DNA of 64,000 nt from the human T2T-CHM13v2.0 reference genome, Homo sapiens: NCBI RefSeq assembly GCF_009914755.1, contig NC_060942.1; one strand, written 5' to 3'. This document shows positions 1 through 14,965 of the stretch, in pieces. How positions within the stretch are numbered: position 1 is the first letter of the stretch; every line of letters begins with the position of its first letter. The position numbers were made by a program, and so were the translations under genes. The notes below the pieces were generated by a model. The model ran no database searches, was not told the DNA's origin, and saw only the letters and a list, made by a program, of their open reading frames with translations.

Positions 1-1939
1 ACTAACAGTGAGCACCTACTATGTGTCCAATCTATTCTATCTCACCCTTTCTCACAACAACAAATGTGCACAGGGAATTCTTGTCATCATCATTTACACT
101 GAGAAAACTGAGGTTCTGTTTCCATTCCTTGTGCCCTTTCACAATTCCTTATAAAGGCACTTTACCATAGCCAACACATCCTGGTTAAACTACAGAATTA
201 TAATCTGCATTAAGGTTACCAATAACACCACGTGAGACACTGTGTTCCAGTAGTCAGCTAAGAACAGTCTTAAATCATTTCAGGGTTCGTGCTCTCTTTG
301 TTTTAACTCCAGTGTGATCTCTACTGGTGTATTAAAGTCATGAGTTAGCAAACTCTTAGCAGCGGACTCAGCCTATGAAGATATAAGGGTCTGTCATAAA
401 TTGTTAAGGTGGGAAAACCTTAGCAGTCTTTGAAGAATTCAAACTCTGCACTAAAATGAGAAAAAAACCTGCAGCGACCATTTTTGTTTTACTTAAGTAT
501 AAACAGCAGTAATGGGAAGGAAAATGTGTAAGCCTAGATTTTCAGAACTGCTATATTAGAAACAAAAGTTATACAAATTCTTTTTCTGATTATTATAAGG
601 AAGAAAATTATAACACTACCAAGCTTTAAAAATTAGTTTTCTTACTCTTTTCATTGTCTGTGAACTCTACTGGATCAATTGAGAAAATGTGGCAATAAAA
701 TATATTTTTTCTTGGAGGCAAATCCTAAAACAGAAAGCAAAATCATCTCCTTTTTGCCAAAGGCACACACTAATTGAAACAGAAATAAAACATGAAATGG
801 AAAAGAGATAAAGATACAAAGTTATTTCTTGGTCCAATTAGTAGGTAGAGAGTTAAACAAATTATCAGTTCAAGGCATTCTATGAGTTTCAGCATTAAAA
901 ATCAGAAGTAAAATAGCTGTAAAACAACATGCACCTGGTCTTGATAGTAGACTCAACAGCAATTTCAAGAAAGTAATATTTTACATCTGGAAACAGTCCG
1001 ATGACAAATGAGAACAAACCAGTAAATTCATAAAAGGATCTTACTGAAGATTTTATTTTTTTAAAGAACAGTGTTTCCACATTCTCAATCTGAGATATAT
1101 TTTACATAAAACTGTACTTCATACTCTTCAGCGGACTAGCCTGGACCCAATATAAAATAACTAAAGTTGCGTTATTTTTCACAATTCATGTTTCAAACAA
1201 TCCCCTACATTTCAAAGTTATAGTACTCCCATTGGCAAATATATAGAAACAACATCAATGCTAATTTTTTTAAGTTTTTCACATCATGGTCTTCAAGCAT
1301 CCCAAAGAACATTTTAACTATTAATAAATCAATATTTTCCTACTATAAATTACAGAAAACAATTACTCTTGAAAGTTCTAGAAACAAAATTCCTCCAATA
1401 GTCAAACGTACATTCATATTTAACAACAGTAAGGGTGGGAGGAGGAACTGTGATGACCTCTTTAAACCTCTTTCAGCTTCAGACCATGAAACCATAGCTC
1501 TATAGGAACAAATCTACAAAAGAACACAATTATACTTAATACAAACACAGTAACCTAGTGCCATCCTAAAAGCATACTTTCAGAACTTGGTGACTCTGCA
1601 AAAACATACTTGCAGTCAACACAAAGAGTTATTCAGAAAAACGTATCGGAAGATAAAAAATGTATAGTTATTAGAATGTTGCCCCAACATATAAGACATA
1701 TGACAATGCTGTATTCAAACCATATTATTAGAACTATCACAAGACAGATTTCCAAAGACTGCCGATAGAAACAATAAATACATTCAACAAACAAATGTTT
1801 TAAAATTTCTGAGGAGTAAACATTATGAGTTTCATTGCCAGTAAAACTGAATAAATTTGCTCAAAGAACAAATTTTGTATGTATGTATATTACAAAGTAT
1901 GTATCTTCCATCATACTTTTAAAAGTACTTCCAGTTTCT

Positions 1940-2360
<421 letters not shown>

Positions 2361-2405
2361 CTAGTTCCTTCCCTTTTTGCCCAGCTTTTAAAATGATGGA
2401 ATGTT

Positions 2406-2698
2406 GGCCGGGCACAGTGGCTCACGCCTGTAATCCCAGACCAAGGTGGGCAGATTGCTTGAGCTCAGGAGTTCAAGAACAGCCTGGGCAACATGGCGAA
2501 ACACCATCTCTACAAAAAACACAAAAACTACCAAGGCGTGGTGGCACGTGCCTGTGATCCCAACTACTCAAAACGCTGAAGTGGGAGGATCACTTGAGCC
2601 CAGGAGGGGGTCAAGGCTGCAGTGAGCCATGATCATGCCACTGCACTCCAGCCTGAGTGAGAGTGAGACCCAGTCTCAAACAAAATAATAATAAAAAA
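2406..2698 (+). mobile_element. Alu (J-like)
   Basis: Dimeric Alu with GGAGGATCACTTGAGCCCAGG and A-rich tail. Confidence 0.9.
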
Positions 2699-3104
2699 AT
2701 TATGCACTGCTAAAGACTGTCATTCCTATAAAACAGAATAAAATGTGTGTGTACGTGTGTGTGTATAAGTTTGTTGCGGAGTGTGTCTTTACATTAGTTG
2801 CAGTGGTCAAGGATCTTAAGAATTAAAAAAGGTTCTCATATTTCAGAAGCTATTTGTGGCAAGGCTGGTGGGCATTTTGTCATTCAAAGGGACAGGCTAT
2901 TGAGGTCTAAGCCCCTCCTATATAAAGAGTTCCACTTCCCCTCCCAGCCTTCTATGGGACTTATGCACCCAGGAAGGATAAATAGATTTTTAATTCACAA
3001 GAGAATGCACTGCTCCTATCGTACATGGTGAGTGACCCAGGCATGAAGGTATGAAAGTTATCCTGTCATTGGCCTTTGTTTGCTAGTCTGGATTTTGCTA
3101 GTCT

Positions 3105-3111
3105 GCGCGCG

Positions 3112-3152
<41 letters not shown>
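3105..3152. repeat. (GC)n(CA)n alternating purine-pyrimidine microsatellite
   Basis: gcgcgcgcacgcacacac... Confidence 0.92.
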
Positions 3153-3156
<4 letters not shown>

Positions 3157-4044
3157 TTAGTTCAAATCAAGAGAAAAAGGGCAAAGGTGTCAGGAGTGAT
3201 TTTGTTGCCACTAGCTCATTTGATTTGCATTACTGGTAAATGAGTATGCTATCATTTGCCTCTGCTTTGCTTGACAGATGTCTATAATAAAATCAATGTG
3301 AAATGTATTCTTGAGGGGTTTTTAGTCCAGCCACAATAATACTGAATGTAACTCTAAAAGTATAATCCACCAGTACCCCCTAAAAGACAAACTATATAAA
3401 ATAAGTCTTGATCATGCTCCTAGACTTTCTCATTGATTGGGGACATTTTTCCTATGCAAAAAGACTAGGATCCTTTCAAGGCTCTCTTTCTAAACAGATT
3501 AATATTTATCCTTACTATTTGAATATATGTAAAACTTTGTTCTAACAAAGAAGTCTGAATGTAACACTGTAGTTGGGGCCTGAGCCAGAAGACTCCACAG
3601 CAGGAAAGTTTTTAAAGGATTTCTTCAGTCTCCGGAAGGAATCCAAGACTAAGGTGACAATCCAGGTCTACCAAAGACAGAGGTTTCCCAGGATACTGGA
3701 CTTTTAGTGTTGGTCATCCTACTGACATATCAGTGCCTTACCCTAAATATTCAATTCAAAGGGAAACAGAACAATTATAGCAATGTTAGACGTATCTTAG
3801 CGAGTGATCCTTCAGCAAACAGCAAACACAAAGATGAACACCAAATCACTCTTCTGTGTATTCTCTAGATGGCTGTATATCTATCTTTAAAAAAATTGTA
3901 AGATTTTACAGGCGAAAATGAAAGAAGGAAGGTTCGGTATTTCTGACAGACATTCTCCAGGTTCACGAGTCCATTTCGTATTTAATATTACACTCAGAAA
4001 AAGAAAGCAAATATCCACATAATAATTGATCTTAGAAATGAGAG

Positions 4045-5410
4045 GGGATTTCTAGTCTCAGCAATATGATGGTTCAAATAATACACTCCTCCAAACACAC
4101 TCTCACACACGTGCGCGCACACACACTCCATTTAAAAAAAAAAAGCCTGGATAAAACATGATGAGAAAAAAGTTAAATACATACCCAAACTCAAAAGAAA
4201 TGGAATTCTGAGAGGGAATTTACAGCCAGAACAAAAAACACAGAACTGGAAACATTAGCAGATCTATGGGCCCTAAGGGATAGGGGCTGGAGTTTTTAAA
4301 CCCACAGAGGCACAGGTCCTAAGACCCCTGCACAAAGCCAGAGATTTGGAAAGGCTACTGATTCTTATGTCACTGATTCAGGGAAATGGCCAGAAAACAT
4401 GTCTGGCAAGGGCTTTGGTGGGCAAAGAAAGAGTTGCCTATGAGTAATCCAACCCTGAAAACTTTTCCATATGCAGTTGCAGAATCTAAATTTATACTAT
4501 TTGCTTAGTTTGGGAACCACAAGCCATAAAATTAATGTAAAAACTAATGCCAAACCAATGAAATTCCTGAGAAATTGGCAGAAACTAACAGAAAACCACT
4601 TTGTAAGAACTGTCCCATAACCCAGAGCACAAACTTCCAAAGGAGACAAACATCCCAGATGAAGATGAGCTCACAATCAAAAATTAGAAACACACACAAA
4701 CTTATCCACTGTGGACAAGTCAGTAGACACACAAAGGAGGATTAGTGCCCCCAAGATCTTGACAAATAGAGTAATTTGAAAGAGATTTTTTAAATGATCA
4801 TATTTAAAGTGTTAATACAGACAAAAATAATGTACATCATAATGAAAAGATAAGTTTGAATGGGAATCAAATAGAACACCAATAAATTAAAAATACAGCC
4901 ATTGAAACAGAGCTTGAATTATACAATACACGAGACCAATGAAAGCTAGGTAAAGTGAAAAACAGATCAGAATAAATTACACAGAAATCGTTCATTTATT
5001 CAAAAAATGCTTCCACTTGCGCACCGGACATCCATTCTGAGTCACTCTTTCAAATGCTCAATATACGTTATTGAACAAAACAGACTATGGTCCTCAGAGA
5101 GCTTATATTCTAGTGAATGAAACAGAGATGCAAAAAAAAAAAGTAGACTATATTAAATAGACATAAATAGACATAATATGGAATGAGAATTGTCCAAAAC
5201 CTTCTTAGAGGAGTTTCATTAAAAAAACAGAGGAGGAGTAAGGAAGAGGCAATACACAAATACTAGTTGAGAAGATTTCAGAATTTTTGCAAGGTATGAA
5301 GTCAGCACATTGAAGAAGCAGACTAAATAAACAAAATCAGATGCAGACATATCACAGGAAATCTGCAGAACCCCCAAAACAAAGGGAATATCTCAAAACA
5401 AAAAAAACAG
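4045..5410 (+). mobile_element. Old degraded L1 (L1M-type 5'/ORF1 region), interrupted
   Basis: A-rich plus strand with phrases resembling the ORF1 region of the L1 at 31.6-32.2 kb; no open frame. Confidence 0.5.
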
Positions 5411-8274
5411 AATATTGTTTTCACTAATTATGATATTTTGTCTAATAGAGTAAATGACTGTTCACTATCTGCCCAAAACAAATTTAACACATGAACTTGA
5501 TGACATCTACTTTGACTGCTTACAAACATCTTTACTTATTTGCAGGTCTTCATTACAGAGAAATATAATTAATGTTTTTTGGCATGTTGTATAATCTGAT
5601 ACTCCTCCCACAGTTTGCCTAATCAAGAGTAAATCATAATATCTGAGGAGTTATAAAAAACATTATTATTACATATTTGCAAAAAATAAGAGAAATTCCT
5701 GGCATATAAACTTAGTATTCTTCATAGAATTAGGCAGTTTTATTCAGTTAACAAATATTAAGTCCCTACTCCACAAGCATTAACACTAAGACATATAAAT
5801 ATCACACAATTGAGAAAGCAAAGGGCATAACTTTTATTTCACAAACATCTATTTTGTGAATAAACTATTGTTTTTTGATATTTCAGGATTTCGTCTTTAT
5901 CCACAGGCCTTCATTCAGTCTTTCCACTTCAAAAATTCAATCGCTGACTATTACTTTGAAAAGGATAGTCCTATATTTATTTTGTTCAAATTATTTTATT
6001 TTAGAGAAAAATATACAACAAAACAAAGAATATATTTTAAGAATAAGACTTCAGCCATTGCTAAGGTAATTGTGTGTTTGTGCCCATGTAAAAAAATTAT
6101 CTCTTTCATATAGTGAGTTCCATAGTATACAATTTGAAGACCACTGAATTAGAAAATACTACCATGTACGTAATAATGACAGTGTAAAGATCTCTCTTGC
6201 CTTCTATGCCCATAAAGTGATACATTCCTGTTAAATGCTCTATTCTTGATTTCATTATACACATTATTATCTTTAACATCATTTAACCTTCACATGGCAT
6301 TTTATACTGCAAATTGCATTTTTAATGTAGTAATCACAATTGTAGGATTCCCTTTTTACACTATTTATGTTATCCTAGTTCAGCTAGTTTTAAATAATCA
6401 CAATCACTATAAATTAGGAGATCATGATCTCATTTTGATGAGGTACACATAAAACATTTAAAAACACGGATACCAATAATAAGTGTAGTTTATAGGATAA
6501 GGTTTACTTATTCTGTATGTGAACTGAAAACTCTCAACATCAAATTCTCTTTTCTTAATAAAAATCATGTTGATGCTACAACATTAGATTTTGGCCCATA
6601 ACTAAACCTGTCCTTTAAATTCTTACACATATATATCCTAAGCATATTTCTCTGATACAAAAGTACATTTTTCAGAGAATGCAGTTAAATAATTTACAAT
6701 AAAAATTTACTTATAAAAGATCAAGAAAGACAATCTTATCTACCAGAACCTTTGCTACAAAACTGACAGTATCCTCACTTACAAAATAATGCAGTTGTGA
6801 AATATTCATCTGCTTATTGGATCAAGATGGATCATATCACATTCATCCCTGATTATGAAGCCACACTCATCCCTTCTGTACTTATTTGTCTCTTCAGCTG
6901 ATTCAGCATGGCAAAGGAAGGGAGAATACGACGTTATTTAACACAGTTAGAAAAATTATTAGATAATGACACTCATATACAGTTCCTCTCATGCTTGACT
7001 AAGAACAACTAATACCACTGAGAATGTAGATTTATATTTACTACCACAGCAGCAATGGAGAAACCCGGAATACATTTGGATGAATGTGTTGATAGCTGGT
7101 ACAAGATTCTATAAGCTTTTATATTTGAACACAAGCAAAGAGTAAGTCCAGTAATTGTGCATATCTATAAATGTGAATGTGTAAAATTAGGTGTAAAACT
7201 GTGAACACAAAACTATATGATGTTATAGTATTCTTTACTTCAAAAGAGATTTAGGAAAGAACTACTAAAGTGTGTGAATATAGTGGCAAATAAAAGTTTC
7301 TTTGTTTCTGAGTTTCCATGAGTATAGTTCCCATAAATGCCATCAACTGAATGTTGGAATATGAATAAATTCATACATCCACATAGAATCTTAAAAGTTA
7401 ATTTTCTTGACTCATTTAAACACAGATCTTCATATGGCAAGGGGGTTGGAGTAATAGAATCTCTGTATCTTAGGTACTGAATTCTAACTCTTCTATTACT
7501 TTGCAGATTTTAGGAAAAGAATCTATAAACTGGCACCCAAAATGTACTGTAAAAGATACAAATGAGTCAACCAAGAAGACATGTTTCATATTCACTACAT
7601 GGATGAAAAACTTTGCAAAATACTTACCAGTAATAACATTCTCTTATAGAGACAACATAATCCAAAAATTAACCAACATTTTCTTCTGATTTTATTTGCC
7701 CACCATTTAGATTTTTACCCTCCTACAGATAGAACAATAGCCAACACACACACACATATATGTACACACAATCTGCCATGTATTAGCACTGCAATCATGT
7801 CCACACTAACTAAATATATTTTCATACATTTATGAAGGCAAAATCCAATGGAAAACACAACATTTTAAGAAAGTCTATCACCATCTAATCTGTAAAATAC
7901 ATTTAGAAAAACTCAACAGATACCGTTTTAAATTTACAGGCACAATTTATGAGTCTATTAATTAAACATCTAAAACTCTTAACTTAGAATCAGTTGGGAA
8001 CACCCATTTGTCTGTTGATGATATGGAAAACAAATCTCCCAGGCACTCCCCATTTACTGTCAAGCACTAAGCAAAGAGGTTTGCACATATATTCTCCTTT
8101 TAGATCACAGTGACCTGACTGTTCCCATTTTACAGAGGCTCAAAGAAGTTAAAATTTTTTGGACACAACCATTCTAAATTAAATGGGATGAAATTAGTAT
8201 CTTTGTAACAGTGGAGACAATTATATTTACATTTATATTTACATCATCATCACAACCCTACTGGGGTAATGAAA

Positions 8275-8475
8275 TAAAGAGAAAGAACCTAGTCTGGATC
8301 CTACTTTGCAGCTATATACCCTGAGGCAAGTTATTCAAATTCTCTGAGCCTCATTTTTCTTAGATGCAAAATGGGGATAACATTATCTACAAGGTTGGGG
8401 AGGATTAAATGAAATTAAATGAGATAATACACTGCCTTGGCTAATGCCTGGTACAAGGCAAGTGCTCAACAAAGA
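8275..8475 (+). mobile_element. MIR
   Basis: Core ggcaagtta...ctctgagcctca..tttct...gcaaaatggggataa. Confidence 0.75.
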
Positions 8476-10424
8476 TAAGGCTTCTCCTTATCTTCCCTAA
8501 CAAAAATTTGCTTTGACAATACACCTAGAAAGTAAAATGCTCTCCTTTTCCATTAGAAAGCAGCAGAAATCAGCCATAGTCTGCATTCATCAAACCTGTC
8601 AAGCTGTTCAACGTCCATTATTCTTTTTTATTATATTTAAGGCACTTAAAATAATCTCCCAGTGATTTATTCTCCTTTTAACTAGATGCAGTAATTAGAA
8701 TATCTTTTATGATACAGCAGAGTTTTCATTTCAGTCAAGGTGTAACTGTTTTAGAAAGCCACCGTTCACTGAAGAATATTACAACCCAGAAACTAACTGC
8801 TTTTATTCTCATCTTGAATAGAAGCACAAACACAAAATGAAGAGGATACATAGTGTATTTCTATAGCTGAAAGACGAAAACGCTCAAGCATGCATGAGCC
8901 AATAATTCCCAAAATACCTTTCATGAACTGAAAAACAGATATGTATGTTGCCATGGCATTCGGCAAAATTAATACATTTGAAATTTGGATTATGTATGGA
9001 AGAAAAGTCTGGTAAGTTTTTTTTTCCTTTCCCATAATGTTGGCATATAACCACATTTTTTAAAAGAATCACCCAATATATAGTTCCCAGAAGAAAAAAT
9101 AAAGAACAGCAAGAAGTTCAGTATATATTCAGCATCCCAAGTAAATGCAGAGATTATGTATTATTACTTGTCAAATAGAGGATTGCTTTACAGTAATTCT
9201 GTTGAATATTACAAGAGTGCTGACGACATGTATGTCAAGATTCCAGCCCTGGCTCAGTCATTAGCTAGCTGGATTAGCCTTGAGTAAGTAATTTAATTTC
9301 TCTGGGATTCAATTTCCTCAATTGTAAAATGATAATTTCAATGATAATATTTGTTATGCACTTCCTGTGTGCAAGAGCTGTTTTAAGTACTCCATGTATG
9401 TTTATTCCCTCATTCAATCCTCACAACATACTAGGGGGCTGAGTATCATTATCATTCCATTTTTGAAGAAAGGTAAACAAATCACAGAGAAGTTAAATAA
9501 CTCACACTAAAGTGGACTCCCCTGCTCTTTAAGGATTTTGCTAAGTTCTCTCCCCATTACTTAGAGATAAGATCATTTCTAACATCCCTCACAAGAATAA
9601 AACCCCAAGATTCTATCCTTTCTCTTTTGAGGACCATTCTTCATTCTGACTTCTCGAAATTCTGTTTGTCTTCGTGGCCTCATTGTAAGGCTCTTGGGGT
9701 CAGATACTAACTATTATATATTACAATACCACAAATAAAGACAAAACTCTGTAAGAATAAGCAAACTTGATGGTTTGTAAGCAAATTCCTAAAAACAGTA
9801 GCTGAATTCTTATGATGCAGAAATTAATCACCTGCTGCCCTATGGTTCATAATCTAACACTTTAAAGAAACCAACATGCACACCTACGAGTTAACTCAAA
9901 AGACTGGCGTCATCAAGCAGAAAATGACCAGATCAGCACTCGGAGAGCGGATACAGGAGTTTCTTTGATAACATGTGAACTTACCAGTGTTTCTAGAGTA
10001 CTACCACAGCAAGTACATGAAGTGTCTACCTGTAGATGTACATCATGCACAGCCAGGTGTTACGAACAATTGTGCATGTGATAAACTGCTAGAGGTAATA
10101 GACAGTAGTGATTGCACACAGAAACTCTAGAAAGAGACTAAAGTGCTGACATTCAAATCCTGGCTCAGCCAAATAAAAACTCTAGGACTTTGGAAAAGTG
10201 AACCTAACCTATGTATGCATCAGTTGCCTCATCTGCAAAACAGGGATCTGCTACTTCACAAAACAGTTGTGAAGACTGACTTACAATATGGAATATGCAT
10301 GGAAATGAATCTGTCACATAAAAAATGCCACTTAGTATTCTGTGTGTATGCATACATAAAATTCTCCTCCACATCCGTCTATGTAAACATTTTTTTGATC
10401 ATTTACGACAGATTTGTCTTCTAG

Positions 10425-10835
<411 letters not shown>

Positions 10836-11138
10836 CCATTCACTTTTTTATTCACCCACTTAATGTATTAAATACTCTGTGCCAGACAATATGCTGGGAA
10901 CAAGGGATACAGCAAAGATTAAAGAAGATGCGGTCCCTGTCTCTAAAAAACCTGTCTACCAGCAAGACGAGATTTTAAAAAATAATTTCACTCATAGGTT
11001 CTGGTATTTTTTTCCCCCATAACTTAAGAGTTTCATTCAGGGCTGCACACTGCTTCCTATCAATTTCTGTTGACTTTTAAAATCCAACATGACCTCCTAT
11101 ACATAAAGACATTTAACATTTGAAAATAGAGACGTAAG

Positions 11139-11460
11139 TGCAGGGTCCAGTGGCTCATGCCTGTAAATCTCAGCACTTTGGGAGGCCGAGGCAGGAGAAT
11201 GATTTGAGCCCAGGAGTAAGAGACCAGCCTCCGTAACAAAGTGAGACCTCGTCTCCACAAAAAAAATTTTTTAAATCAGCCAGTCTTGGTGGCACGGGCC
11301 TGTAGTCCCAGCGACTCAGGAGGCTGAGGTGGGAGGATGGCTTGAACCTGGAAATTTCAGGCTGCAGTGAGCTATGATGATGCCTCTGCACTCCAGCCTG
11401 GGCAACAGAGAGAGACCCTGTCTTTAAAACTAAATAAAAACAAATAAAAATTAAAATACA
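11139..11460 (+). mobile_element. Alu (J-like)
   Basis: Dimeric Alu with A-rich tail. Confidence 0.9.
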
Positions 11461-13636
11461 GATGTAGAAACAAGAATAATTATGAATTAAATATTTAAAA
11501 GTAAAAGAATCATAATGAAGAGTTCCAACAAACAATATTATTTTTACTGTATTTGCAAAACCAATGATAAGTCAGTGTTTCCAAAAATATCTTCATTATA
11601 AGCATTAATAATGAGAGTGACCAGAAAAGCAGAAGCACCGAAGTTGTAGTGGATTGTATTTCTATTTGTTTTTCAATAACAAAAGAGGGCCTGGAGAAGA
11701 TATAAAGAAGGATAAAGTTTAACTTTTGAAAATCTACAAATAGGTTCCCCAAAATTAACCAGATGCACAGCATGTTCCTATGATCAAGTATCAGCAACCA
11801 AAAGTAGGTGAGAAAAATAATAAATTTTCAGCTTTGAAGGCTGTAATAATATCACCATTATAATTCATCCCAATATATCAACACAGGCTTTACGTTAACA
11901 GACTTACTTTCAAAAATAGACATAGCACCACCATAACATTTCTTACTTTCAGTCTTTGGAAAGAATGTCAGGGAAAGCTCCCAGCACGTGTTTCCATCAA
12001 TCAGAGTAAGTGAAGGGGAGAAAAATGGAGAAAAAGAAACAGGGACAGAAAACCACAGATCCTGCATTGTGTGGGCTGAGGAAGAGTTGAGTTCCAGCTC
12101 CTGAGGAGAAAACATTCTCCAAAGTTCCGCGCCGATTCCAGACAGATTCCCCACAGCTGTTGAGTCACCAGTACTTTAAAACAGACAGAGCTTTACTACA
12201 AATCCACTTAAGCAGTTTTTAAACTTCAAACACCTGATTTGCTGAAGCAAGGAAGACTTCCCCTCCCATCTAAAACTGCACTTCAGTGTCATTGCACTAT
12301 TCCTATTCAATGTTATCACTGTGTCTTTTTAAAACATGATGGCATAAAATAATATTCTATGACAGGATTCCTAAAAGCCTGTGACTGGATGCATTTTGAA
12401 ATCACACTATAAATTATTCTGGGAAGACAATTTCTGTCAAACTGACAGCCATGTTATATTTACAATAAAACATTCTGATGGGTTAGATGGAACTGGTCAC
12501 TTGTTTGAAAACATTTATTAAAATTTCTAGTTGTTTTGACAGCCTGAAGATCTAATCAATACAGAGCTCTGTAGCTCACCACCTACAACTATGACTGGTG
12601 TCTATTTACACTCATTGTGTGAAGAGTGTAAGGATCAAGAAAACTACTTGAAAGGCTATTATAATAAATAAGTCAATAAATAAACAGGTGCACACTTTCC
12701 TAATAAAGCCTTGTCTATATTTACATTGTAAGACATTTAATACTTCCTAGGCCATCTTTTTGATGAATTGTTTGAAACGTTGTAAGAAAACTTTTGCCCT
12801 GGGAAATTCAGTTCAGCCAAATAGGCTGACTGACAACGCTGTAAAATGCTCGCTTTGTGACCTGCTGCTCTGGTCTCAGGCCTCTTTAGAAAACAAACTG
12901 CCATTTTCGCAGTGATTCTGTGATATATAAAAACAAAGATGAGGCCATAAAATAACAACTCTATTTTATCAATTTAGACCAGAACTTGAATTCCCAACTA
13001 ATGTCATAGCACTCATATTCTTTGCAACCAGGGAGCTGAAAAGAAGTTTTGTGACCTCACCAACCCCATCCTCCCCATTTCAAGAACGCAGCCAGCTTCT
13101 ATGTGTTCAGATGAAACCCTTACTCCGCTCAGTAATCTGAACAAGTCTGAGTGATGCTTTAAAATGTGAATATGTAAAATTTAGGTTAAGATTTGAATCC
13201 CAATTCCTTGAAATAGAAAATGTGTGAAATGATTTGCTGGGCATATTGCACTTCGTTTATTTTAATGATTAACATGTGGATTTACTGCTTTGTTTTCTGA
13301 CAATTCTGAAAGGGAATCCCAGGGAGGAATCACACTCCATCTAGGTGGTAATCTTCACTTAGGTGGTAATCTCCTAGCTGTGGTCAGCAACTTAAATGAT
13401 TTGCAAAATAATTACGTTCTGTAGCCACACAGATCTTGCCAAGAATGGAGTCAGAATAATTTATTCCTTCTGGTTCCTGGTGGCATGCTAGCATATGCTG
13501 AATAAATTTTGACCCCAAATGCCTACACTGTCCCCTGATTTTGATTCCTCTCACTAACCTCAAGGATATCTTTTTTTTTTAACTCAATCTAAATCTACTA
13601 AACCAATGGTTTACATTCTGCCCCTTGCAATAAATT

Positions 13637-14965
13637 AGTTATGTGTTACTTACTGATGTGGATACATTCTGAGAAATACATTAGGTGATTTCGTCATTGT
13701 GAGAACATTATAGAGTGTACCTACACAAACCTAGATGGTGTAGCCTGCTATACACCTAGGCTATATGGCATAGCCTATTGCTCCAAGGCTACAAACCTGC
13801 ACAGCATGTTATTGTACTAAATAGCCACAGGCAAGGGTATCACAATGGTATTTGTGTATCTGAGCATATCCAAACATACAAAAAGGTACATTTAAAATAT
13901 AGTATAAAAGATAAAAGATTGTACACCTATATAGGGCACTTGCCATGAATGGAGCTTGCAGGACAAGAAGTTGCTTTAGGTGAGTCATGAGTGAATGGTG
14001 AGTGAATGCAAAGGCCTAGGACATTCTTGTACACTACCGTAGACTTTATCAACATTGTACATTAAGGATACATTGAATTTTTTTTTTCTTATTTTTCTTT
14101 CTTTGGACAGGCATGGTGGTTCACACCTGTAATCTCAGCACTTTAGGAGGTCAAGGCAGGTGGATCACTTGAGCTCAGGAGTCTAAGACCAGCTTGAGTA
14201 ACACGGCAAAACCCCGTCACCACAAAAAATGCAAAAATTAGCTGCACGTGATGGCACGCACCTGTGGTTCCAGCTACTCAGAAGGCTGAGGGAGGAAGAT
14301 CACCTGAGCCCAGGAGGCGGAGGCTGCAGTAAGCCAAGATCGCACCACTGCACTCCAGCCTGGGTGACAGAGTGACCCTGTCTCAAAAACAGAAAAAAGA
14401 TTTTTCTTGCTTTAATAAAAAAAAAAAAATTGACCTTAGCTTACTCTAACTTTTTTACCTTATAAGCTTCTTAACTCTTGTAAAACTTTTTGACTCTTTT
14501 GTAATAACACTTAGCTGAAAACAAAACATACTATATAGCTGCACAAAACATTTTTCTTTACATCCTTATTTTATAAGCTTTTTTTACTATTTTTTAAACT
14601 TCTTGTCACAAACAAAGATGCAAATGCATACATTAGTCTAGGCCTACATAGGGTCTGGGTCATCAATATCAGTCTTCCACACCTTGTCTCACTGGACAAC
14701 AACAGCATGGCGCTGTCAGGGGCAACAACAGCATGGTGCTGTCATCTCCTATGATAACAAAGCCTTCTTCTGGAATCCCTCCTGAAGGACCTGCCTGAGG
14801 CTGTTTACAGTTAACTTTTTTTTTTTCCTGGAAGTAGAATGAGTACACTCTAAATAATGATAAGAAATATAGATAGGAATTTTTCAGCTCCATTATAGTC
14901 TTATGGGACCAAAGTGGTACATGCAGTCCACCACTGACCGAAACGCCATTATGCAGTGCATGGCC
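13637..14965. mobile_element. Tigger3-family (TcMar-Tigger, Tigger3b-like) DNA transposon interrupted by an Alu
   Basis: Left end GATACATTCTGAGAAAT...TACACAAACCTAGATGG..GCCT and right end ATAGGAATTTTTCAGCTCCATTATA.TCTTATGGGACCA match the Tigger3 termini as I recall them. Confidence 0.8.
14105..14398 (+). mobile_element. Alu (J-like) nested in Tigger3
   Basis: Dimeric Alu sequence. Confidence 0.9.
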
